A stretch of DNA of 32,000 nt from Ferroglobus placidus DSM 10642 (GCF_000025505.1 NC_013849.1:1500001-1532000), one strand, 5' to 3'. Positions 1-8,412 are shown, numbered from the stretch's first letter. The notes: generated by a model not told the origin, from the sequence alone. Program-made: numbers and translations.

Positions 1-2
1 CC

Positions 3-455
3 TACGAGAAGATTAAAGCAAATGTTGACGTTCAAATTCATCTTCACTCTCCGGTCTTCTACAGAGAAGTCCTCGAAGTTGAGAACATTAACGTCATAGG
101 GATAGAAGCTGCGAGAGATGAAAAAGCCATGGATTTCGTTGATGTTGAAGAGATAGAAAGTTACGATAAATTCCTCAGAGTTGGTGTTGCGAGAAGCGAT
201 TTCGACGCGATGATTGCAGAATACAACGCTAAAACCGGAGAGAACGTCTGGGGAGATGTTGAAAAAATGGAGAGAGCTCTGGATGAAATAGAAAGCGTCG
301 AGAAGATAAGGGGAAGGCTGAAAAAGGCTGTAGAAAAGTTCGGAGAAAGGTTGAAGTACGTTGGAGCAGATTGCGGGCTTATGAGCTTTTACTCACAAGA
401 GCTTGCTTTCAAACACCTGAGAAAAATAAAGGAAGCTAAGGAGGGATTGAAATAG
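3..455 (+). CDS. 3' part of a MetE/URO-D-superfamily (cobalamin-independent methionine synthase-like) gene; 5' end lies outside the window
   Basis: The frame is open from nt 3 (YEKIKANVDVQIHLHSPVFYREVLEV..IGIEAARDE) and continues into the listed 129..455 ORF. From memory it aligns with the MetE C-terminal barrel (QIHTHMCYCEF / ITIETSRSD / NPDCGLKTR versus QIHLHSPVFY / IGIEAARDE / GADCGLMSF). Stop TAG at 453-455. Confidence 0.5.
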   Translation, partial: YEKIKANVDVQIHLHSPVFYREVLEVENINVIGIEAARDEKAMDFVDVEEIESYDKFLRVGVARSDFDAMIAEYNAKTGENVWGDVEKMERALDEIESVEKIRGRLKKAVEKFGERLKYVGADCGLMSFYSQELAFKHLRKIKEAKEGLK

Positions 456-526
456 ACTATCTAAGTTTCTTTTTCACGGCTTTAACGACTCTATTCGTCA
501 TAGTCGATCCCCCCGGAAACATCCCG

Positions 527-1069
527 ATGTTCATAGCTTTAACAGAAAAACTCGATAAAGATTTGGTGGACAGAATTTCGAAGAAGGCTGTAACGATAGC
601 CTCGTCGATCCTCATAATTTTCGTTTTTGGCGGTTACGCAGTCATGGAATTCTTCAGAATATCGATAGAATCGTTGAAAGTGGCTGGAGGGCTTTTGCTG
701 TTTATAGTCTCGGTGGACATTTTACTCGGAAGAAAAACGAGGGAGTACTACTTCCAGAAGGGGCTTGAAAGCGTCGATGTCGATTCTATAGCAGTCTTTC
801 CTCTCGCGTTACCCCTTTACACGGGTCCCGGAGCGATAACGGCAACGATAGTCTTAGCCTCGGAAGCTGATATCGTAGGAAAAATAATTTTGGTTCTTGC
901 GATACTCGTCGTTTACGGAATAGTCAGACTCACGCACGTTTACAGCGCAGCGATAATCTCCCTTCTCGGAAAGAGCGGCTCTGATATAATCGCCAGAGTT
1001 ATGGCGATTTTCCTCGCTTCGATAGGGGTTGAGTATATATTTGACGGAGCGCTATCTATTCTGAGGTGA
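527..1069 (+). CDS. MarC/UPF0056-family integral membrane protein
   Basis: Multi-TM hydrophobic protein. The family hallmark LFVIVDPPGNIPMFIALT straddles the first ATG, with the motif starting near nt 491. The real start is therefore probably upstream of 527 (see finding). Confidence 0.7.
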   Translation: MFIALTEKLDKDLVDRISKKAVTIASSILIIFVFGGYAVMEFFRISIESLKVAGGLLLFIVSVDILLGRKTREYYFQKGLESVDVDSIAVFPLALPLYTGPGAITATIVLASEADIVGKIILVLAILVVYGIVRLTHVYSAAIISLLGKSGSDIIARVMAIFLASIGVEYIFDGALSILR

Positions 1070-1073
1070 GAGC

Positions 1074-1811
1074 ATGCATAGAGCAATCGCCGAAAAAATT
1101 CCAGAGGGAAAAAAGATCGCTATCGGAATTTACAGGGAAAGAGAAGGTTACGACAAGAAAGTTATGAAAGCCGCGAAACTCTGCAACTTTGCCGAAGTTG
1201 TTGTCGTTGACGAGGGAGAAGAGACCGAAAAAAAGCTCTTAGACATGGTTGAAAAGGGGGAAGTTGATGCAGCAGTTAGAGGAACTGCGAGAGCCTCGAA
1301 GATGATCGCTGAGCTAAAAAGGAGAGGCTACGAGTTTGTGAGAATCGCTTTACTCGAAACCTTCTACGGAAAACTCTTCTTGCTCTCACCGGTCGGGGTT
1401 GACGAAGGAAAAACTTTGGCTGAGAAGATCGTGATTGCTGAAGAAGCTAAGAAAATGGCTTTAAAGCTTGGCATGAATGATAGAGTTGCTTTTTTAGCCG
1501 GAGGAAGGCTCGGGGATATTGGTAGGAGCGAGGAGGTCGACAGAAGTCTTGCTGAGGCTGAACTTCTCGCAAAAATTTGCGGGGGCGTAAATAGAGAGAT
1601 TCTACTTGAGGACGTTGAAGAGGACATAATAATTCCGCCGAACGGGATGATAGGAAACTACATATTCAGGGCGATGTGCTACCTCGGTGGAGGAAAAGAA
1701 TACGGAGCCTATTACGCTAAGCTACCCTTCACTCTGATAGACACGAGCAGAGCTCAGAGTGCCGAAGGCTATTTAAGAGCTTTAGCTTTGGCAGCGGTGA
1801 TGTCGGAATGA
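1074..1811 (+). CDS. Phosphate acyltransferase-fold protein, possibly MtxX-like (H4MPT/methyltransferase-associated)
   Basis: 245 aa with a GEVDAAVRGT motif and Gly-rich segments reminiscent of the Pta/PlsX/MtxX fold. It sits in an operon with glyA and fae. The assignment is from memory only. Confidence 0.35.
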   Translation: MHRAIAEKIPEGKKIAIGIYREREGYDKKVMKAAKLCNFAEVVVVDEGEETEKKLLDMVEKGEVDAAVRGTARASKMIAELKRRGYEFVRIALLETFYGKLFLLSPVGVDEGKTLAEKIVIAEEAKKMALKLGMNDRVAFLAGGRLGDIGRSEEVDRSLAEAELLAKICGGVNREILLEDVEEDIIIPPNGMIGNYIFRAMCYLGGGKEYGAYYAKLPFTLIDTSRAQSAEGYLRALALAAVMSE

Positions 1812-2272
1812 GAGAGTATCCGAAAAGACCGGTAATCGGTGTCGGAGCTGTAATAGTAGAGGACGGGAAAATCCTACTTGTCAGAAGAGCTAACGAGCCG
1901 AACAAGAATATGTGGTCGATTCCCGGCGGGTTGGTCAGAGTAGGGGAATCGCTCCACGAAGCTTTGAAAAGGGAAATTCTCGAAGAAATCGGCGTTGAGA
2001 TAGAAATTGGAGACGTCGCTTGCGTTACTGAGGAGATATTTCTTGACGATGATGGAAGGATAAAGTATCACTACGTTATTGTCGACTTCTTTGCGAAGAT
2101 AAAAAGCGGGGAAATTAAAGCTGGAAGCGATGCGAAGGAAGTAAAGTGGATAAAGCTTGACGAGCTTGGAGAAGACGTCGTACCTTTCGTTAGAAAGCTT
2201 GCGGAAAAAATTTTGAGGGAAGAAAAAATGATATATCTGCCCGGAGGAAGGACAACCCTAAAAAGGTGTTGA
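1808..2272 (+). CDS. Nudix hydrolase
   Basis: Nudix box GGLVRVGESLHEALKREILEEIGVE (GX5EX7REUXEEXGU). ATGA start/stop overlap with the upstream gene. Confidence 0.85.
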   Translation: MREYPKRPVIGVGAVIVEDGKILLVRRANEPNKNMWSIPGGLVRVGESLHEALKREILEEIGVEIEIGDVACVTEEIFLDDDGRIKYHYVIVDFFAKIKSGEIKAGSDAKEVKWIKLDELGEDVVPFVRKLAEKILREEKMIYLPGGRTTLKRC

Positions 2273-2275
2273 TGT

Positions 2276-3538
2276 ATGAGTGTCGAGGAAGTTTACGAAG
2301 TCATAAGAAAACACACGGAATTTTACAAAAACTCCCTCCCGCTGATAGCGAGCGAAAACATAACGAGCAAGTTCGTTAGAAATTGTTACATCAGCGATCT
2401 CGGGCATAGATATGCTGAAGGGAAAATAGGGGAGAGGTTTTACGAGGGTTGCAGCTTCGTGGACGAAATCGAGTTAATGGCTGTAAACCTCATGAAAGAG
2501 CTCGTTAAAGCTCCCCACGTTAACGTTCAGCCGATAAGCGGTGTCGTAGCAAACATGGCTGGATTTTTCGCTTTAACAAATCCGGGAGATAAAATATTCG
2601 CCCTCTCAATTCCTTCCGGAGGTCACATTAGTCATGAGAAGTATTCCGCAGCGGGTTTGAGGGGTTTGCAAGTATTGCATTACCCTTTCGATGCTGAAAT
2701 TATGAACATAGACGTTGACGAGACTAAGAAGCTTGCGGAAAAGGAGAAGCCGAAGCTTTTCGTTTTGGGTGGCAGCCTCTTCTTATTCCCCCATCCGGTT
2801 AAGGAGATTTCGGAGATTGCTGCCGAAATTAACGCTAAGGTCATGTACGATGGGAGCCACGTTCTCGGGCTCATAGCTGGAGGAGAATTTCAAAACCCGA
2901 TGGAAGAAGGGGCTGACGTTTTAACAGCTTCCACCCACAAAACGTTTTTCGGACCTCAGAGAGCGATAATAGCTTGCAGAGAAGAGTTGGCAGATAGGGT
3001 TGATAAAGCCGTTTTCCCCGGAGTTGTGAGCAACCATCATCTAAACACTTTAGCCGGACTCGTTATCGCTGCGATGGAATTCAAGGAGTTCGGGAGAGAT
3101 TATGCGGAGCAGACCGTTAAAAATGCGAAGAGACTTGCGGAAGAACTGGCTGAGGAAGGATTAAAAGTTTTGGGAGAAGACCTCGGCTTTACCGAGTCGC
3201 ACCAAGTGGCAGTGGATGTTAGAAAACAAGGAGGAGGAGCTAAAGTTGCCAAAAAGCTTGAGAAGGCTAACATAATTCTGAACAAAAACCTGTTGCCTTG
3301 GGATTCGATTAAGGATACGGAAAACCCCTCGGGAATAAGGATCGGAGTTCAGGAGGTAACGAGGCTTGGTATGAAGGAGAGCGAAATGGACGTCATAGCC
3401 AAGCTTATAGCCGACGTGATTTTGGACAGGAGAAGCGTTGATAAAGTTAGAAAGGACGTTATCTCTTTAAAGAAGGAATTCAGCAAGGTAAAGTACACTT
3501 TCGAAGAACACGAGGCTTACGAATTTTTGAGAATTTAA
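2276..3538 (+). CDS. glyA: Serine hydroxymethyltransferase (archaeal, presumably H4MPT-dependent)
   Basis: LIASENITS, HRYAEG and the PLP-lysine region TASTHKTFFGPQRA. 420 aa. Confidence 0.93.
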   Translation: MSVEEVYEVIRKHTEFYKNSLPLIASENITSKFVRNCYISDLGHRYAEGKIGERFYEGCSFVDEIELMAVNLMKELVKAPHVNVQPISGVVANMAGFFALTNPGDKIFALSIPSGGHISHEKYSAAGLRGLQVLHYPFDAEIMNIDVDETKKLAEKEKPKLFVLGGSLFLFPHPVKEISEIAAEINAKVMYDGSHVLGLIAGGEFQNPMEEGADVLTASTHKTFFGPQRAIIACREELADRVDKAVFPGVVSNHHLNTLAGLVIAAMEFKEFGRDYAEQTVKNAKRLAEELAEEGLKVLGEDLGFTESHQVAVDVRKQGGGAKVAKKLEKANIILNKNLLPWDSIKDTENPSGIRIGVQEVTRLGMKESEMDVIAKLIADVILDRRSVDKVRKDVISLKKEFSKVKYTFEEHEAYEFLRI

Positions 3539-3584
3539 TCACTCCACGGAAAGTTATATCAGAGAGAAATTTTAATATTACAAT

Positions 3585-4088
3585 ATGACGCACCACGACG
3601 TTTTAATGACCGGAGAAGCTTTGGTTGGAGAAGGGAATGAAGTAGCCCACGTAGACATTCTGATAGGCAGGAGAGACGGACCGGTTGGGATAGCCTTCGC
3701 AATGGCTTTAGGAGCTCCCTCTCCGGGACATGGGGGATTGACGGCAATAATCGCTCCGAACTTGGCTGTTAAGCCGCCTACTGTCATAGTTCCAACCGTG
3801 ACGATAAAGAACATGAAGCAAGGTGAGTTAATCTTCGGACCGGCTCAAAAGGCTGTTGCCGACGCTGTGGCTGACGCTGTTAAGGAGGGGATTATTCCGA
3901 GAGACAAAATAGACGAGTGGTGCATAGTCGCTAACGTCTTCATCCATCCGGCGGCACAGGATAAAAAGAAGATCTACGAGTACAACTACCAAGCTACGAA
4001 GCTGGCTATAGAAAGGGCTGTGAAGAATCTGCCAACTCCCGAGGAAGTGGAAGAAAAGAGGAAAGACGCGAAGCATCCGTTCGCTTAA
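3585..4088 (+). CDS. fae: Formaldehyde-activating enzyme
   Basis: GEALVGEGNEVAHVDILIG, IAPNLAVKP, FGPAQKAVADAV, EGIIP, VFIHPAA, YNYQATKLAI and a C-terminal KHPFA. These match the Fae sequence pattern recalled from Methylobacterium and archaeal Fae. 167 aa. Confidence 0.85.
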   Translation: MTHHDVLMTGEALVGEGNEVAHVDILIGRRDGPVGIAFAMALGAPSPGHGGLTAIIAPNLAVKPPTVIVPTVTIKNMKQGELIFGPAQKAVADAVADAVKEGIIPRDKIDEWCIVANVFIHPAAQDKKKIYEYNYQATKLAIERAVKNLPTPEEVEEKRKDAKHPFA

Positions 4089-5161
4089 CCCACTATTTTT
4101 TCGTAATCCTTTTCAACTTCCTTCAAAAACGCACTTTCGTATCCCTTCACGTAGGCTAAAAGCGTAGCTCCGCCCATTCCGACTCCTTCCTTAACGAATC
4201 CCTCCTCGTAAGCTTTCAATCCTTCCTTGCTCGAATTTTTGAGCAAAGGATCTGCAGCTATAACGTTAGCGTCTTCGGGAGTTATGCCTACGATGTCAGC
4301 CGTTCTGTCTTTGGCTATGTAGCTCGTAGTAGCAATGTTTACCTTGAAGTCCTTTTTGAAGAGCTTGATGAGGTTGGCTACGGCTGCCATCTGAGTTCCG
4401 CCGGCTAAAACGACTGGCTTTTCGCTTCCCAAAGCAACCCCCGTAACTCCGATCATCACGGGATCTCCAACTTTAGCGATTATTTCGATTGGATCTTCCG
4501 AATTTACCCTGCTTGCAGCTCTCTCAATAACTTTCATCTTTATCTCAACTGGATTTTCCGGCATACTCGACGAAACCTTCGGCTCTTTTCCAAGAGCTTT
4601 TAAGACAGCCCCAGCTGTTGTCGTGCCGGCTGGAATGCTTTCTGCGATCATCAAACAGTCGGAATTCTTAGAAACTTCTTTACCGAAAATTTTAGCGTAC
4701 TCAAAAGCCTCTTCAACCCTCTCAATGTTCATCGCCTCTCTTTCGTATATGTTCTCCCCAACTGGAGCGTTTATAGACACGTAAGGAATCTTCGGCTTTA
4801 TCATCAGTCCAGAATCGACAACAAAAAGCTGCGGCTTGACGAGTCTTAGAGCTGTGTAGGTTATCAGAGCTGGAGTTGGCTTTCCGTCCGGCGTGGCTGG
4901 AGGGAAGGGAATGCTCCTGCATTTTCCGTAATACAAGAGCTCCGCATCAGCTGGCGGAGTGAACTTTATCAAGTCCGGATTAGCTCCAGCCACCGTAATT
5001 CCCGGAATTTCCGCCGTTTTCGTGTTACCTATGCACAAAACGAAGCTGACGTCCCCTTTTAACAGCTCTGAAAAATCTCTTCCCTTCAAAACCTCGTACA
5101 TGAAAGAAAGGAGGATTAGCCAGTGAAAAACTCTTGCGTTTGTAATACGTACGTAATTCAA
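4085..5161 (-). CDS. cobT: Archaeal-type CobT (UPF0284; nicotinate-nucleotide:dimethylbenzimidazole phosphoribosyltransferase-like)
   Basis: FVLCIGNTKTAEIPGITVAGANPD, TPDGKPTPALIT and AGGTQMAA are typical of the archaeal CobT/UPF0284 family. A more likely start is the internal Met at 5101 (MYEVLKGRDF...). 4-nt convergent overlap with the fae stop. Confidence 0.7.
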   Translation of the reverse strand: MNYVRITNARVFHWLILLSFMYEVLKGRDFSELLKGDVSFVLCIGNTKTAEIPGITVAGANPDLIKFTPPADAELLYYGKCRSIPFPPATPDGKPTPALITYTALRLVKPQLFVVDSGLMIKPKIPYVSINAPVGENIYEREAMNIERVEEAFEYAKIFGKEVSKNSDCLMIAESIPAGTTTAGAVLKALGKEPKVSSSMPENPVEIKMKVIERAASRVNSEDPIEIIAKVGDPVMIGVTGVALGSEKPVVLAGGTQMAAVANLIKLFKKDFKVNIATTSYIAKDRTADIVGITPEDANVIAADPLLKNSSKEGLKAYEEGFVKEGVGMGGATLLAYVKGYESAFLKEVEKDYEKIVG

Positions 5162-5162
5162 A

Positions 5163-5699
5163 TCAGCTTAAAGCGAAGTGCACCCCCTTCTCAACGAGCA
5201 TTGAGATAAACGCTGTTACTATTCCAAAAGCTGCCATCTTAGCGAAGGAAAGAGCTAAGTTTTCCTTTGAAAGCTTTCCTAAGTACAATCCTATGAGTCC
5301 GAGGGATATCGTTGTGAGGACTATTGAAACGAGGGTTGCGAGGAACGGACTTGCGTTTAGCATAATCGCGAAGAAGAAAGGCAAAACAACTATGATGCTG
5401 CCGAAAATGGTGGAAGCTCCGTCGACGAGACTTCTCGTCAAAACTCTTCTCCTGACTCTCTTGTAAATTTCCGTCTCCTTTAAATTTTTGAGCATCGCCT
5501 TCTCTATTTTAACTATTTGCATCTCTTCTTCGATTCTCTCAGCCGTGAAGGCTCCGAATATGTTGGACAAACCGTTCGCCACTCCCCCACCGATTCCGGC
5601 AGCTATTATAATCGATATTTCCGCTCCCGATGCTCCGATGACCACTCCGAGGGTTGAAAGAGAGCCGTCTATGAAGCCCCTAACGAGCTGCCTCTCCAC
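5163..5699 (-). CDS. VIT1/CCC1-like (DUF125) membrane protein, putative Fe/Mn transporter
   Basis: RGFIDGSLSTLGVVIGASG...GLSNIFGAFTAE resembles the VIT1 core. Central amphipathic helix and C-terminal TM helices. Confidence 0.5.
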   Translation of the reverse strand: MERQLVRGFIDGSLSTLGVVIGASGAEISIIIAAGIGGGVANGLSNIFGAFTAERIEEEMQIVKIEKAMLKNLKETEIYKRVRRRVLTRSLVDGASTIFGSIIVVLPFFFAIMLNASPFLATLVSIVLTTISLGLIGLYLGKLSKENLALSFAKMAAFGIVTAFISMLVEKGVHFALS

Positions 5700-5722
5700 A
5701 AATTGAGTTGTAAACTCTTCTT

Positions 5723-6340
5723 TTATTCTTTTTCTCTCAACTTCGCAGCAATGTTATCGAACTTCTTACTTACCTCCTCTCCAAATAGTTTCGTGAGTAC
5801 TTTGTGAAGCTCCTCTTCAGCAAGAACGTCTTCTATGATTTCCTCAATCTCGTAAATTCGGAAGCCGAATTTTCTTTCCACGTAGGCTAAAGGCATGAAG
5901 AGAACCTTACCTTTGTACTCTATAGCCGGAGACATCAGCTTTTTTACGTTCCCAGTTTTTAGCAAATAGCTTACGAAATTGCTTTGTAAGAATTCGTCGC
6001 TCTCGTAATTCCCATCGAGGATCGAATATTCTTCAGCTTCGTCCAACTCCTTTTCCGCGCATATCTTGTAGTATTCGACGAAAAGCTTCTCTATCAAATC
6101 CTCCCATCTCCCAATTCTGTCCGCGAGTTCTATCAGCTTTTTATTCGTCGGATCTTCGCGAAGAGCATTTAAAAGCTGGGATTTCGCACTCTGAACTCTC
6201 GGGTAAATTACGTGTTCGTATAAATCCCTTTCGAGAACGTTAGCTTGGTAAAAACCTCTCTCAGCGTCCCACTCTATCCACTTCTGCACTCTCAAAGCGA
6301 TTTCATGCATCAACTCGTCTATCGCTTTTTTCGAGAGCAT
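5723..6340 (-). CDS. Hypothetical acidic helical protein
   Basis: Uninterrupted 205-codon ORF with protein-like composition, heading the minus-strand string 6340->4085. No motif recognised. Confidence 0.5.
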   Translation of the reverse strand: MLSKKAIDELMHEIALRVQKWIEWDAERGFYQANVLERDLYEHVIYPRVQSAKSQLLNALREDPTNKKLIELADRIGRWEDLIEKLFVEYYKICAEKELDEAEEYSILDGNYESDEFLQSNFVSYLLKTGNVKKLMSPAIEYKGKVLFMPLAYVERKFGFRIYEIEEIIEDVLAEEELHKVLTKLFGEEVSKKFDNIAAKLREKE

Positions 6341-6384
6341 ATCAAATGAAAAATACTTATAGATCTTTATTCCACTTTCGCTCG

Positions 6385-6831
6385 ATGAGCGGTAGCGTGC
6401 TTTACTTCTCCTACACTGGCAATTCGAAAAAAATTGCCAAAACTCTCGCTAAGGAAGTTAAAGCGAAGCTCATCGAAGTTAAGCCAGTTTTAGAACTCCC
6501 TTACGTTTTCTGGCTATCTTTGTCTTTCTTTCCCCTGCTCGGGTTTCCGGTTAAAGATGTTGAGGTGAAAGACTACAGGGTAGCCGTATGCTTCCCGAAA
6601 TGGACGTTCAATTGCCCTCCGATAACGGAGCTCCTTAAGAGGGGCGTTTTTAGAGGGAAAAAAGTGTTTCTGTTCATCTCCTACGCCGGATGGAGAGAAA
6701 AGGAGTACGCTGACTTTTACGAGAAGCTCTTCGAGAGTTTCGGGGCTAAAGTTCAGCTCGTGGAACTTGTCAAAAGAGACGAGTTAAAGAGCTCTCAGAT
6801 AGTCAGGTTTAAGAACCTCTGGATGCTCTAA
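6385..6831 (+). CDS. Flavodoxin-like fold protein
   Basis: VLYFSYTGNSKKIAKTLAKEV (flavodoxin N-terminal phosphate loop pattern), YRVAVCFPKWTFNCPP and KKVFLFISYAG. ATG 6385 lies about 26 nt after the TATA-like tacttataga (6354-6363). The ORF track allows an alternative start at 6346. Confidence 0.55.
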   Translation: MSGSVLYFSYTGNSKKIAKTLAKEVKAKLIEVKPVLELPYVFWLSLSFFPLLGFPVKDVEVKDYRVAVCFPKWTFNCPPITELLKRGVFRGKKVFLFISYAGWREKEYADFYEKLFESFGAKVQLVELVKRDELKSSQIVRFKNLWML

Positions 6832-7650
6832 AGCGAAGTCTATCTCTCTCAAAAGCTTTTCCTTCTCCTCGGGCAAATTTGCTTTCAGAGGGAGGTAGTT
6901 GGAGGCGTGGTTTGCTCTGAAGACTGTTTTATACTCAAGCAGTTCGACGATTCTTCTAAGCTCGAGCAGCAGCTCTTTCTTGTTAAGCAGCTCAAACTCT
7001 CCCCTCAAAACTTTCCTGTGGAGAGGAGTCCCCTCTACGACCATGAGAGTTAGAAAAGCTGTGTAATGCGGCTTCATCTCGTTGAGGAGCTTTGCAGTGT
7101 TTTCCGCGTGCTCTTCGCTCCTTTTTCTCCCACCGAGTCCGAGTATAGCTGTGACCGAAAGCGTCACTCCGTTTTCTATCGCTTTTCTTCCAGCTTTAAG
7201 TATTTCTTTGCTCGTCGCACCTTTCTTAACTTCTTTCAAAACAACGTCATCTCCAGACTCTATTCCAAGGTAAATTAGCCTTAAACCACTCTCAGCCAGC
7301 AACGAAATTTCTTCATCGCTTTTCGCGAGAATGTCCATCGGAGTTGCGTATATCGAGATTCTTTCGAGGTTGGGGAAAACCTTTTTTGCCATCGAAATTA
7401 TCTTAAGGAGCTTCTCCGTGGACATGCAAAAAGCGTTTCCGTCTGCGATAAACATTCTTTTTGCATCAGGATAAAACTCCTTTAAAATTAGCAAATCTCT
7501 CCAAATCTCCTCCAAACTTTTCTCCCTGAACTTTTTCATTTTGTAAGAGCCGCAGAACGTGCATTTGTTGTGAGAGCAGCCTATTGTAGCCTGAAGAATA
7601 ACGCTTTTTGCTTCACTCGGCGGTCTGAAAAGTGGCAGATCGTAGATCAC
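6784..7650 (-). CDS. Radical SAM protein (Elp3-type domain), function unknown
   Basis: PPSEAKSVILQATIGCSHNKCTFCGSY cluster motif, spaced Cx4Cx2C. GIESG region. GTG start at 7650. Confidence 0.8.
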   Translation of the reverse strand: MIYDLPLFRPPSEAKSVILQATIGCSHNKCTFCGSYKMKKFREKSLEEIWRDLLILKEFYPDAKRMFIADGNAFCMSTEKLLKIISMAKKVFPNLERISIYATPMDILAKSDEEISLLAESGLRLIYLGIESGDDVVLKEVKKGATSKEILKAGRKAIENGVTLSVTAILGLGGRKRSEEHAENTAKLLNEMKPHYTAFLTLMVVEGTPLHRKVLRGEFELLNKKELLLELRRIVELLEYKTVFRANHASNYLPLKANLPEEKEKLLREIDFALEHPEVLKPDYLRAL

Positions 7651-7689
7651 GAAAAACGATCTTGCTAATTGCTAAAAAGGGTATCGTTT

Positions 7690-7710
7690 GACCATGGTCG
7701 AAACATGTTT
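7690..7710. promoter_or_regulatory. Two abutting perfect 10-bp palindromes (GACCATGGTC, AAACATGTTT) in a divergent promoter region
   Basis: Read directly at 7690-7699 and 7701-7710. Flanked upstream by the 7-bp inverted repeat AAACGAT (7654-7660) / ATCGTTT (7683-7689). Confidence 0.4.
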
Positions 7711-7737
7711 TTATTTTATTGAAGCTGAGGATTTTTC

Positions 7738-8412
7738 GTGAAGCTCTTCGAAATTTCTGGGTTGAAGGAAGGAAGATTGCTCAGGAGGCTGAACAGGTTC
7801 ACTCTGGAGGTTGAAGTTGATGGGAAAGTGAAGTTGGCGAACCTTCGAGATTCTGGAAGGTTGCCCGAATTAATGAAGGAAGGAAATAGAGTTTTGCTTA
7901 AGGAGAAGAAGGGAGGAAAGACCTCCTATGTTGTCTTTACGATATTTGACGAAGAAGTGCCGGTAATTGTAAACTCTTCCCTCCACGGCAAGTTAGCTGA
8001 GAAAATTCTCCTCAGCGAAGGTTACGAGATTTTGAAAAGGGAAGTGAAAGTCGAAAACAGCAGAATCGATTTCCTCGTTAAGAAAGGAGATGTCAGACTG
8101 CTCGAGGTTAAAGGGTGTACCCTCGTGAAGAACGGAATCGCTCTTTTTCCGGACTCTCCAACCGAAAGAGGCTTGAAGCATTTGACGATTCTCGAAAAAT
8201 TCGGAGGAGAAGTTCTCTTCTTGGTTATGAGGAACGACGCTGAAGTTTTGTCTCCAAATTTCGCCACTCACAAAAAATTTGCAGAGAAGCTCGAAAGCTT
8301 GTCTAAGAAGATTGAAATTAAAGCCGCAAAACTAAATCCTGTTGTGGAGAATGGCACATTAAAAATCTATCATTCCGGCTACATTCCGGTGGTATTCAAA
8401 AAAGTTATTTAA
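7738..8412 (+). CDS. sfsA: SfsA-family protein (sugar fermentation stimulation/nuclease-fold DNA-binding protein)
   Basis: RLNRFTLEV, NSRIDFLV, LLEVKGCTL and ALFPDSPTERGLKHL are SfsA hallmarks. GTG start about 25 nt after the T/A-rich box 7708-7718. Confidence 0.8.
   Translation: MKLFEISGLKEGRLLRRLNRFTLEVEVDGKVKLANLRDSGRLPELMKEGNRVLLKEKKGGKTSYVVFTIFDEEVPVIVNSSLHGKLAEKILLSEGYEILKREVKVENSRIDFLVKKGDVRLLEVKGCTLVKNGIALFPDSPTERGLKHLTILEKFGGEVLFLVMRNDAEVLSPNFATHKKFAEKLESLSKKIEIKAAKLNPVVENGTLKIYHSGYIPVVFKKVI

Noticed and set aside
3559-3814. Two minus-strand ORFs (62 and 78 aa) overlapping the fae start
   Set aside because: They are antisense to the well-supported fae, are Pro/Leu/Ser-rich, and have no independent signals.
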